This document shows positions 1-8,981 of a stretch of 29,646 nucleotides of DNA, piece by piece (the stretch's first letter is position 1; each line of letters opens with the position of its first letter). The stretch lies in the sequence record SRR20825006_1933; one strand, 5' to 3'. Under the pieces are notes generated by a model. It was not told the origin of the DNA. It ran no database searches and saw nothing but the letters and a program-made list of their open reading frames with translations. Position numbers and translations under genes: made by a program.

Positions 1-550
1 CCTTCCCTTTTCCGATCAGTCCGCACTTTTGGCTGACATCGAACTGATTGCAGATAGCGCAACCGACAGTGCCGACTTTACGACTCAGCTGGATGACTAT
101 TTCACCTCGCCGACAGGCGGCTGGTTGCAGAATATATACCAAGGCAGCACGATCGCGTCCGACCCGGAGAGCGTTACAGCAGACAATGACGCAATCAAGT
201 CGCTCATCAGAGATTTGGCGGTATTGGCAATTTCTGGTCCGGATGGTCCACTCGCCTCTTTAGACGGTTACAAAACGCTTGTTCAGGAAACATCTCTGAG
301 CCTGTCGTCGAGCGAAACGCAAATTACCAATCTACGGGCAGATCTCGGCGTATATGAAGAGCGGAATGCGATCGAGCAAAAAACGCTCGACACGGAAGAA
401 ACACTACTGACCGCGTCGTTCAACGATTTGACTGCGCGAGACCAGTATGAAGCCGCGACGGAGCTGCAATCGCTGCAGACGACGTTGGAAGCCTCCTACC
501 TGATTACTGCCCGCTTGTCCCAACTGTCACTCCTGAATTATCTGGGCTAA
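1..550 (+). CDS. flgL: Flagellar hook-associated protein FlgL (flagellin family), 5'-truncated by the window edge
   Basis: Frame open from position 2; flagellin-type C-terminus (DQYEAATELQSLQTTLEASYLITARLSQLSLLNYL); directly upstream of flgI. Confidence 0.8.
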   Translation, partial: LPFSDQSALLADIELIADSATDSADFTTQLDDYFTSPTGGWLQNIYQGSTIASDPESVTADNDAIKSLIRDLAVLAISGPDGPLASLDGYKTLVQETSLSLSSSETQITNLRADLGVYEERNAIEQKTLDTEETLLTASFNDLTARDQYEAATELQSLQTTLEASYLITARLSQLSLLNYLG

Positions 551-552
551 AA

Positions 553-1665
553 ATGATGCTTCGGAAAACACTCCTCATCGCTGCGCTCTGCTTTGGTCTC
601 CTCGGGGTGGCCGCCCCTGCCGATGCGCAAACCCGCCTCCGGGATATCGTCGATGTTGAAGGCGTGCGGCAGAACGATCTTATCGGTTATGGTATCGTGG
701 TCGGCCTCAATGGCACGGGCGATTCAGTCCGCAACTCACCGTTTACAGAAGACTCGCTGACATACATGCTTGAGCGTCTTGGCGTGAATGTCCAGGGTGA
801 GGATATCAAGCCCAACAATGCCGCAGCTGTTCTTGTGACGGCCACTCTGCCCTCCTTCGCACGTAACGGATCGACCATAGACATATCGGTCGCCTCGATC
901 GGAGACGCCAAGAGCCTCGAGGGCGGCACCCTGATCCTCACGCCCCTGAAGGGCGCAGACAATGAAGTTTATGCGGTCGCCCAAGGCAGCATCATCGTCT
1001 CCGGTATTGACGTTCAAGCCGCCGCGGCGCGCGAAACGCGTGGTACGCCGACAGCAGGTGCGATCCCGAATGGAGCCCGCATCGAGCGCGAAATCGGCTT
1101 CGACTTCAACGACCGCGAGAGCCTGACACTCGCGCTGCGCGATCCAGATTTCACGACAGCCGCCCGCATCGAAGACGTCATCAACTCGGCCTATGGTGCC
1201 CAGATCGCCTATACTCGTGATCCTGGCACGATTGATCTGGACCTTCGCGGGATCAATGGGACGCCCTCACGTATCCTCGCAGATATCGAAAACTTGCCCG
1301 TTAGCGTATCTGTGCCAGCGCGTATTGTGATTGATGAGAAATCCGGCACGATCGTACTCGGCGAGGATGTTACCATTTCCAAAGTTGCGATTGCTCAGGG
1401 CAACATCTCTATCAAGGTGGTGGAAAGCCCCGTCGTGTCCCAACCGAACCCGTTTGCACGTGGCGAGTCCATCGCCCTGCCTCGCTCACGCATCACAATT
1501 GGTCAGACCGGCAGTAAGAATATTGCGATGCTAAATCCCAATGTGTCGCTCTCAGAGCTGATATCTGGGCTGAATGCGCTAGGGGTTACACCTCAGGAAA
1601 CAGCCGATATCATTCGCACAATGAAAGCAGCAGGCGCGCTCCACGCAGACCTGATCATACGTTGA
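553..1665 (+). CDS. flgI: Flagellar P-ring protein
   Basis: Signal peptide, then RLRDIVDVEGVRQNDLIGYGIVVGLNGTGD and C-terminal KAAGALHADL. Confidence 0.97.
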   Translation: MMLRKTLLIAALCFGLLGVAAPADAQTRLRDIVDVEGVRQNDLIGYGIVVGLNGTGDSVRNSPFTEDSLTYMLERLGVNVQGEDIKPNNAAAVLVTATLPSFARNGSTIDISVASIGDAKSLEGGTLILTPLKGADNEVYAVAQGSIIVSGIDVQAAAARETRGTPTAGAIPNGARIEREIGFDFNDRESLTLALRDPDFTTAARIEDVINSAYGAQIAYTRDPGTIDLDLRGINGTPSRILADIENLPVSVSVPARIVIDEKSGTIVLGEDVTISKVAIAQGNISIKVVESPVVSQPNPFARGESIALPRSRITIGQTGSKNIAMLNPNVSLSELISGLNALGVTPQETADIIRTMKAAGALHADLIIR

Positions 1666-1711
1666 CCAAGTAGGTAAGATAAATTGTAGAGGAGCTGACC
1701 CGTGTCAGGCC

Positions 1712-2833
1712 CTACTCGGCCTCGTCGTCTCCTTCAGGCTTGCCAACCTTGATCGCCCCTTCCCGCTTGAGCGTCATCAGGGACATCAGGAACTGACGTT
1801 GGAGCTTCTCGCCCTTCTCCGCAGATATTTTTCCTACGTCTTCGAGCTGTAGACGATACTGGTCCGCCAAGCGCGACGAGATGTTGCCGAGCAAATAATC
1901 CGAAACTTCCGATCCGCTTTCGCGAAGACTCGCAAGGAGTTGGACCATTGTCTCTTCGCCAAGTTCCCGGAATACAATTGCAACAGCTTCTCGTGGCAAA
2001 ATTTCTGGCAGGGTGCTGATGGTAAACATAACCCGCTCGATGCTTTTCATCTTGCCTTCATGCTCGCTGCTGAGGAAGGCCATGATCCGGTCACGCTTGT
2101 CGCTCGGGACAAGGCTGAGCATTTCACCAATGGATTCCAAGTGGGCCGTATCTTCGGTTGCGCCCGGACCAGCTTCTGTATTGTTCAGCAATTCAATCTC
2201 GACCATGTGGGCGAGCACGGAATAAATTTCGGGATCTGGCGCTTCATCTTCAACGAGATGACCAACCACCGGATCCAGTTGCTCCTCACCCAGAAAGCCG
2301 ATAATTTCCGACGCCGCAGCGACATCCAATCGGCGCAGGATTAGCGCGATGATATTGGGGGTCAGTGTCAGAAAATAAGTTGCAACCTGCTGCGCATCAT
2401 AATTTTCAAGCCGCTCCCAGGTGTCGCCAACCTCTTCCACCACGACTTCCTGTTGAGGCTCGCCGGTCCCGTATATCTGATCATAGCGCTTCTGATCGAG
2501 GATGTTCGCGATGACTTCACGCGCCTTGTCCTGTCCTCCGGAGAACGAACCGCTTGCGGCGCGCAGTTCTTTCAGGAAGTCTACAGCAATCTCGACAAGC
2601 TGTTCACGAGGAAGCTTGGAAACAGTTTCCAACGCTGCAGCGACCTGAGCCATGGTCTGGTCATCAAGACGCTCAACGATGGGACGTGCCTCGGCTTCAC
2701 CAAGCATGGCAATGACGACCGCTGCCTTCTGCGCACGCGTCAGACCCGCAATGCGTGAGGAGCCGGTTTGTGGCCCAGTTCTGGACACGGCTTGCCTTTG
2801 TGTCGGCTGTTTCAACTCTACGACCGAACTCAT
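1712..2833 (-). CDS. fliG: Flagellar motor switch protein FliG
   Basis: LTRAQKAAVVIAMLG N-terminal motif; MFT and LLGNISSRLA C-terminal motifs; overlaps the fliP stop. Confidence 0.88.
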   Translation of the reverse strand: MSSVVELKQPTQRQAVSRTGPQTGSSRIAGLTRAQKAAVVIAMLGEAEARPIVERLDDQTMAQVAAALETVSKLPREQLVEIAVDFLKELRAASGSFSGGQDKAREVIANILDQKRYDQIYGTGEPQQEVVVEEVGDTWERLENYDAQQVATYFLTLTPNIIALILRRLDVAAASEIIGFLGEEQLDPVVGHLVEDEAPDPEIYSVLAHMVEIELLNNTEAGPGATEDTAHLESIGEMLSLVPSDKRDRIMAFLSSEHEGKMKSIERVMFTISTLPEILPREAVAIVFRELGEETMVQLLASLRESGSEVSDYLLGNISSRLADQYRLQLEDVGKISAEKGEKLQRQFLMSLMTLKREGAIKVGKPEGDDEAE

Positions 2834-3612
2834 CCGGCATATCCTCGCAAAAGTGCTTCCGTTATCTTCAACCAGCCATCGGCCAGAACTATGAATCCAA
2901 CCTTAAAAGGAAGCGAAACTACGGTCGGCGGCACCATCATCATGCCGACGGCCATCAGAACCGATGAGACGACCAGATCAATAACAAGGAATGGCAGGAA
3001 AATTACGAAACCGATCTGGAATGCATGCTTGATTTCGGACAGCATGAAGGCCGTTGAAAGCAGAGCAAATGTGGGCTCCTCCCCTTCCACGACCGGGCGG
3101 TTCACCGCATCGGCGAGAACAGGGATAGTTTCTGGATCGACACGGGCCGTCATGAATTCCCGGAAAGGCGTTGTCGCGGCCGTCCAAGCCTGCCCCTCGT
3201 CAATCGTTCCCTCCATGTAAGGAGAAATGCCTGAAGACCAGGCTTCCATGAAGGTGGGCTCCATCACGAAGAAGGTGAGGAACATGGCAAGCGCCATAAT
3301 GAGCATGTTTGGAGGCGCCTGCTGTACGCCGATGGCCTGACGCAGAAATGAGAAGACAATGATCATGAATGGCAGACAGGTCGCCATCATGGCGATGCCT
3401 GGCGCAAGACTGAGCACCGTCACCAGAACCAGCAGAAGTACGACGGAGCCACTCAGCCCCCCCTCACCGCCATTCCCAAGGAATCCATCCGGAATGGCTA
3501 TCTGAGCGGGATCAACGGATTGCGCGTACGCTGCGCCAGAAAGCGCATACAGAAGAACTAGTATGAACAAGCCGCTAGCAAAACGCGGCAGGTGTTCAAG
3601 TCCCCGTAGCAT
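2830..3612 (-). CDS. fliP: Flagellar export apparatus protein FliP
   Basis: LRQAIGVQQAPPN, AFQIGFVIFLPFLVIDLVVSSVLMAVGMMMVPP and LPFK motifs. Confidence 0.97.
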   Translation of the reverse strand: MLRGLEHLPRFASGLFILVLLYALSGAAYAQSVDPAQIAIPDGFLGNGGEGGLSGSVVLLLVLVTVLSLAPGIAMMATCLPFMIIVFSFLRQAIGVQQAPPNMLIMALAMFLTFFVMEPTFMEAWSSGISPYMEGTIDEGQAWTAATTPFREFMTARVDPETIPVLADAVNRPVVEGEEPTFALLSTAFMLSEIKHAFQIGFVIFLPFLVIDLVVSSVLMAVGMMMVPPTVVSLPFKVGFIVLADGWLKITEALLRGYAG

Positions 3613-3919
3613 CGGGATCCTCCGCGATCTCCGTAATTTTTACGCCTAAACCGCCCTCCTCCGTTTCGATCAACTCGCCTCGCGCGATGAGCCGGTTGTC
3701 GACCGAAAGAGATACAGGATCTTCTATACGTGCCGCGAGCGCGATCACCGAATCCGGTTTCAAATCCAGTATTTCCGAAACGGTCAGACGCTTTTGGCCG
3801 ATGGAGACGATCACATTGACCGGGACGTTATAGATGGATCGGTAGACTTTGCCGCCAGGCAAAATCTCATCTTGCTCAATGATGTTTTCGTCCGAAGGCG
3901 TCATTTCGGGAATAGCCAT
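3596..3919 (-). CDS. fliN: Flagellar motor switch protein FliN
   Basis: SpoA-type domain (IYNVPVNVIVSIG...IARGELI...LGVKITEI); start reassigned to ATG 3919, coupled to the upstream stop. Confidence 0.9.
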   Translation of the reverse strand: MAIPEMTPSDENIIEQDEILPGGKVYRSIYNVPVNVIVSIGQKRLTVSEILDLKPDSVIALAARIEDPVSLSVDNRLIARGELIETEEGGLGVKITEIAEDPDATGT

Positions 3920-4482
3920 CACGATGTTTCCTTCTGATGCGTTTGCATAGACTGCAGTCGGCCAAGGCAGGCCTCCAGCAACCCGTCGAATTCCAACGAC
4001 AGTCCGCCCGTTACCCAAGACACTTCCACATTCTTACGCTCGGATGCGGGTGTCGGAGAAACAACGCACCGGTTGGCAAGTTTATTTGAGCGTTGAACAA
4101 CATTCTGGATGTCGTTTGCGAGAAGCTCAGGAGCTGTGATTTCCACCCGATTTGCTGATTCCGGTAACAGGCTTGGCAACTGTCGACCAATCTCCTCTGC
4201 CAAGAACAGTTTTGAGAGTTCTGGGAACAACTTTTCCGCTATCGCGGTAACCCAGTTCGTCGTTTGAACAAGTAGAAGATCATTCGTGCGTTCAATCTCT
4301 TCCGACAATCGCTTCAAAAGGATTTCCACATTCGGATCGAGTGTCGGCACAATTTCGGCGGGCACCTCGGGCTCATGAACATCTACAGCGGTTGCAGTGT
4401 CCGCCATTGCACTGACGCTGCCAACCATGTCGTCGGTAGTCTGGTCAAATCTCGGCAGGTTGGCGAAGGGCGACTCACTCAT
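3919..4482 (-). CDS. FliH-like flagellar assembly protein
   Basis: Lies between fliF and fliN with overlapping start/stop codons; C-terminal VEVSW..GG resembles FliH; called mainly from synteny. Confidence 0.6.
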   Translation of the reverse strand: MSESPFANLPRFDQTTDDMVGSVSAMADTATAVDVHEPEVPAEIVPTLDPNVEILLKRLSEEIERTNDLLLVQTTNWVTAIAEKLFPELSKLFLAEEIGRQLPSLLPESANRVEITAPELLANDIQNVVQRSNKLANRCVVSPTPASERKNVEVSWVTGGLSLEFDGLLEACLGRLQSMQTHQKETS

Positions 4483-5995
4483 TGACCAGTGCCTTCCGGT
4501 CTTCGTTCAGCCATTCCTGAAGCAGGCTCGCCGTTTCATCCTGGCGCTCCCGAGTATAGTCTTTCAGATAGTCCAAGGGGTCGACTGGATCATTGGTCAG
4601 CGCAGGAGTCGTGTCGGCGATTGCACCTGCCTCAGTGCCCAGATCAGATTTCGGTCCCTGAGCCAGCAAGGGTCGGACGACGCCGAAGCCGAGAACAATC
4701 ACCACCAAACCCAGAAGAATAGCTTGCAAGGCAGACCAGAAATAGCGTTCTGTGAGCGTCTCAACGAGGCCGGGAGCGGGTGTGAGCTCCTCGACCTCCA
4801 GTTCCTGGAACGGCATCAAGTCTACGGTCAGGGAGTCACCCCGGTCGGCGTTAAGACCGGCCCCAGACAGGATCAATTGTTCAAAATCGGCCACCAGGCT
4901 GCGCATCAACGGAGCAGAGTCTTCGGCGTTGGCATCAAAACCGAGGACTTGCTCGTTTAGCAGGACAGCAACAGATATGCGTTCGATTTCACCCGGTAGT
5001 GTTTCGGTTTCACGGCGTGTCTCGTTGATGTCGTAGACAACACTCTCGGTCGAGTTTTTCACTGTACTGTTGCCACCGCCCTGGCTTCCAGCCCCTTGCG
5101 GGAGGTTGCTGGAAACGGTGACACCTCCGCCCCCACCACCGCTGGCTTCGTTGGTGTCATTGCTGGTGCGATTGCGAATAACGCGTGAATTCGGATCGAA
5201 CACCACTTCGGACACGCGCTGGCGTTGGCGATTGACATCGACCGTCACGGACACTCTCGCATTACCCGGGCCGACACGGGCCTCCAGTAAGCGCAGGATC
5301 TTTTGTTCCAGAGTGCTCGACTGGCTCTCCGCGACAATGCCAGGTTCTTCCATGCGGTCGATATTCGGCCCCGCCAGCATGCCTCGCTTCGGATCGATCA
5401 CGGCGACATCGGCCGGATCAAGCCCGGACACGGCGAGGGCGACGAGGTACTGGATAGCCTCAGCCTGGCTCGCACTGATCCGGTTACTGGAAACCAGGGT
5501 CACGGATGCAGTTTGTGATGGGCCGGATCGGGAAAAACCTGATCGAAGGCTGGCGCCGATATGCACCCGCGCCGATGACACACCCGGAATGGCAAGCACG
5601 GTGCGGGTAAGTTCACCCTCCTTCGCTCGCCAGTACGTCGCATTGTACATTTCCGACGTGATCGAGAAGCCGTTCACATCATCAAGCAACTCATAGCCGC
5701 TGACAGACTGCTGCGGCAGCCCGTCCTTCGCAAGCGCAAAGCGAACCGAGTCGCGATCGGAGTTTGGAACAAAGATCGCCTCGCCGCGGATCTCATACTC
5801 GACGCCGCGTTTCTCGAGTTCCGCGATCACTTCACCCGTGTGCATTGGGTCCAGTCCGGCATAGAGCAGACCCATAGGTTGCTTTACTGCACCTTGCACG
5901 AGCAACGACATGGCGAAGACCACACCAGCAACCGCACCCACAAGTGCGAGTTTCTGCGCCGTTGATAGCGCCTTGAGTGTGTCTAAAAGTTTCAT
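4475..5995 (-). CDS. fliF: Flagellar MS-ring protein
   Basis: Two TM segments; GYELLD, RAKEGELTRTV and ARVHI motifs. Confidence 0.96.
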   Translation of the reverse strand: MKLLDTLKALSTAQKLALVGAVAGVVFAMSLLVQGAVKQPMGLLYAGLDPMHTGEVIAELEKRGVEYEIRGEAIFVPNSDRDSVRFALAKDGLPQQSVSGYELLDDVNGFSITSEMYNATYWRAKEGELTRTVLAIPGVSSARVHIGASLRSGFSRSGPSQTASVTLVSSNRISASQAEAIQYLVALAVSGLDPADVAVIDPKRGMLAGPNIDRMEEPGIVAESQSSTLEQKILRLLEARVGPGNARVSVTVDVNRQRQRVSEVVFDPNSRVIRNRTSNDTNEASGGGGGGVTVSSNLPQGAGSQGGGNSTVKNSTESVVYDINETRRETETLPGEIERISVAVLLNEQVLGFDANAEDSAPLMRSLVADFEQLILSGAGLNADRGDSLTVDLMPFQELEVEELTPAPGLVETLTERYFWSALQAILLGLVVIVLGFGVVRPLLAQGPKSDLGTEAGAIADTTPALTNDPVDPLDYLKDYTRERQDETASLLQEWLNEDRKALVNE

Positions 5996-6056
5996 AGGCC
6001 AGAAAACCCCGATCCCAACGCCATCATTCCATTGGTTAATATTTTCCGCGAAATCA

Positions 6057-6072
6057 TTAACGCTTCCTTTAC
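6057..6072 (+). promoter_or_regulatory. Putative CtrA box in the fliF/fliL divergent promoter
   Basis: TTAA-cgcttcc-TTTAC, one mismatch to TTAA-N7-TTAAC; further TTAA half-sites at 6036 and 6080. Confidence 0.6.
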
Positions 6073-6110
6073 CCAGAAATTAATAAGCCTTTGTCAGCAG
6101 CAATTTTTTA

Positions 6111-6623
6111 TTGGGTACGGTTTTGGCCTCTGACGCGAACACAGAATTTCCCGGGGAAAAGTCTTCCGGTGGTGGGTTGATCCCGCTCGTGGTGCTGGCT
6201 GTCGTCAGCATGGCTGGCGCATTCGGGGTCGTCTACTTTCTGTCGCCCAGTGCCCCTGCGGCAGCACTTGCATGCACACCAGGCGAAGATGGCAAGCCGG
6301 CTCATACCCCGCTTGCACTTGAGGATCACGTCTATTTTGAGTTGCAGGAAATCCTTGTTACGATAGGCAATGAGCCAGCCACTCGCTATGTTAAGATCAA
6401 GACTTCTGTCATCTCAGACAACAGTCACGTCAGCGCTGTAAAGAAAGCCGAACCCATGCTGGTCGATGCATTCGTCGGCTATCTCCGCGCGCTTCAGCTA
6501 TCTGATTTCGAGTCAGCTGACTTCTACCCGAAGATGAGGGAGCAACTCGCGATGCGATCCGAAATCGTGCTCGGTGCGGATGCTTCGCACGGCGTGCTCG
6601 TAACCGAATTCCTGCTACGGTAA
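6111..6623 (+). CDS. fliL: Flagellar basal body-associated protein FliL (start uncertain)
   Basis: Single N-terminal TM; YFELQEILVTIG, PMLVDAFVGYLRAL and VLVTEFLLR. Confidence 0.88.
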   Translation: MGTVLASDANTEFPGEKSSGGGLIPLVVLAVVSMAGAFGVVYFLSPSAPAAALACTPGEDGKPAHTPLALEDHVYFELQEILVTIGNEPATRYVKIKTSVISDNSHVSAVKKAEPMLVDAFVGYLRALQLSDFESADFYPKMREQLAMRSEIVLGADASHGVLVTEFLLR

Positions 6624-6624
6624 G

Positions 6625-7143
6625 ATGATGCCTCTAGATCCCTCCGACATAGCGCTCTTTCTCGTTTCCTTTGCAGCATGCCTCTACTGTGCCCTGCTCA
6701 GCCGCAGGCTCAAGGCCCTGCAAAATACCAAGGATGGCTTGGGCGCATCCATACGCGCCATGTCCGAATCAGTCGCCGCAGTGTCATCAGCGCGGCATGA
6801 AGCGAAGGCCCAATCTGGAGAAATAGCAGTCCGCCTGACCGCAATCCTCACCGAGGCGCATGAGGCAGGCAAGAAACTGACAGAGTTGAAAGACGCACTC
6901 GAAATAAAGGACCGGGAGGTCTCCCGCAAGATACAGGCCGCTGATGCGGAGATTCGCAGTACAATGCGCGACGCACTTGTGCAGTCATCGGGCCGGGTCG
7001 CGGAAATCACGCGGCTGACCAAGCGGCTTGAAGTCGTCGCCAATCAGGCAACCTCCAGTCTGGACAGTTCCGACTATCTTTTCGAAGACGATGACACGAT
7101 CAAGACCAAAAGGGTATATGAGAGCTATGGGCATAAAGAGTAG
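6625..7143 (+). CDS. Membrane-anchored coiled-coil protein in the fliL operon
   Basis: N-terminal TM followed by LSRRLKALQ...DGLG and helical heptads; tightly packed between fliL and motE. Confidence 0.7.
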   Translation: MMPLDPSDIALFLVSFAACLYCALLSRRLKALQNTKDGLGASIRAMSESVAAVSSARHEAKAQSGEIAVRLTAILTEAHEAGKKLTELKDALEIKDREVSRKIQAADAEIRSTMRDALVQSSGRVAEITRLTKRLEVVANQATSSLDSSDYLFEDDDTIKTKRVYESYGHKE

Positions 7144-7732
7144 CGGACGCACTCATGTTCTTCTGACGATCGGCGCTCTGTTCACGATCGCGGGCGGCAC
7201 CCGGTGGCTGCCCCAGGCATTCGCAACCACAGGCGCGGAATCGCTCAGCAGCCGTCCATCAGACGTGCTGCCCAAGAGTTATGTCGACGATTCCGACACT
7301 GTCCGAAAGGTCTGCCTGACGGGCGACCTCGTCGAAGCCATGGAGCAAGACCAGAAAACTATTGAGCAGCGCATTTCTGACCTGCGGACAGAGGAAGTTC
7401 AGTTTCAGAACCGAAAGATGGAACTCGACCAGCAGGCGGAAGACCTCAAATCGATCCAGATGCAGCTGGACGATAGATGGCAACGCATGGCGGAATCCGC
7501 CAATCAGGACATCCAGCATCTCGCCCAGATGTACGGCGCAATGAAACCGGATCAGGCAGCGGGGATATTCAACCAAATGGATGCCGGCTTCGCGGCGGGC
7601 TTCTTGCGACTCATTCCAAGCGACCAAGCCGGCCTAATCCTTGCCAACATGGAAAACGAAAAGGCCTATATTGTCAGTGTCAAGATCGCATCTACCAATA
7701 GTGACCTACGGGACAACGCGGTCCTGCCCTAG
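7118..7732 (+). CDS. motE: MotE-family protein (coiled coil plus MgtE-N-like domain)
   Basis: LAQMYGAMKPDQAAGIFNQMD...AGLILANM motif; start placed at ATG 7118 (7127 is an alternative). Confidence 0.75.
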   Translation: MRAMGIKSSGRTHVLLTIGALFTIAGGTRWLPQAFATTGAESLSSRPSDVLPKSYVDDSDTVRKVCLTGDLVEAMEQDQKTIEQRISDLRTEEVQFQNRKMELDQQAEDLKSIQMQLDDRWQRMAESANQDIQHLAQMYGAMKPDQAAGIFNQMDAGFAAGFLRLIPSDQAGLILANMENEKAYIVSVKIASTNSDLRDNAVLP

Positions 7733-7765
7733 ACGAACCCGACCGCAATGGTTCTCGACACCACA

Positions 7766-8536
7766 CTAGGCAAAAACGGATGCGTTCAAGTTCACGGCGC
7801 TGTTTACAGCTTCCCGCACGCGCCAGATATCGAACGGCTTTGGCACCACCCCATCCCGATTTTCGCCCTCACCTTCGCGCAGCCGCTCAGGGTGCGCCGT
7901 GATGAAAATAGTAGGTACGTTATAGCCGAGCGTTTCACGAATCTCGTGAACAACTATCCGACCACAGACGTCACTACCCAAGTTTATGTCCGAAAGGATT
8001 AATCCGATGTCTCGCCTTTTCGCAAAGGTCATGGCTTCGTCGGGCGTGCAAGCAGTTCCAACAACCCAATGACCAGTTTGCTCCACCAGCACGGAAAGCA
8101 GCTCCGCCATATAGGGCTCATCTTCAATGATCAGTACGCCAATTCGTGAGGCAGCCGTAACAACGGATTCAATACGCGCAACAATTTGGATGACATCCGA
8201 AACATGCAGCCCCGTGATCCACGCCAAATCCTCCGCCCCAAATCTGCCGATTATGGACAATAACAGCACCCGCCGGTCTACGACCGACAATCCATGCAGG
8301 ATTGGATGAACACGATCATTGGCCAAATGGGCTTCGGCGAAGTGACACAGCCTGTGGTCAAGTTGTTGGAACAGGTATGCCCGATCCATGCTCGTTGGGC
8401 CCGCAGCCTGGACGGATCCAATCAGGTCTCCCAATACATCACAGACCACTTGGTCGCCAGCATCGACCGATCCCAGCAACAATTGCGCATAGGATCTCAA
8501 GGATTTGAGTTCTGAAGAAACGACATCCGAAAACAT
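7766..8536 (-). CDS. Diverged PhyR-like response regulator (sigma-like domain plus receiver), here called PhyR2
   Basis: LKSLRSYAQLLLGS, DRRVLLL, VLIIEDE, LILSDINL, IFITAHPERL and PKPF align by eye with PhyR at 22808; start at ATG 8536 after AGGGG. Confidence 0.85.
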   Translation of the reverse strand: MFSDVVSSELKSLRSYAQLLLGSVDAGDQVVCDVLGDLIGSVQAAGPTSMDRAYLFQQLDHRLCHFAEAHLANDRVHPILHGLSVVDRRVLLLSIIGRFGAEDLAWITGLHVSDVIQIVARIESVVTAASRIGVLIIEDEPYMAELLSVLVEQTGHWVVGTACTPDEAMTFAKRRDIGLILSDINLGSDVCGRIVVHEIRETLGYNVPTIFITAHPERLREGEGENRDGVVPKPFDIWRVREAVNSAVNLNASVFA

Positions 8537-8981
8537 CTTAGCCCCTAGGTCCCTTGCCTCAATCAAGAGATTAATTCAGCCTGCTAGTCGAAGCATTCTA
8601 TCACAGAATTTCTCCCACTGCGGGAAAACAGATGATCTAAACTCAATTGAAACAAGTTTCCATCCAAATCAGCAGCTCATCTATTTACCGAGTGAGGGGA
8701 CACACGATGGTGATACCGGTACCAGATTTTCAGATACAATATGGTGATCGCCAATTGTTCGATCTTCGTGATGTGACCAGTACTGCAGAAACTAAAGGCC
8801 ATTTCCGAGCATTTGCGCCGACACCGCTGTGAACGCCATGTTGCGTTACTCACATTCTGATTTGAAGATATCTCTACGTGAGGAAGCCTCCGCACGATTC
8901 CTCGCGCCGCAGAATACAGGCAGCCACACGATTCCTCAGCAGACGGACCGCAAGACAATAACACAAACACGGATCTGATCC

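Noticed and set aside
5070..5696. Long antisense ORFs over fliF, and similar shadow ORFs across the window
   Set aside because: Opposite-strand shadows of well-supported genes, expected from codon bias
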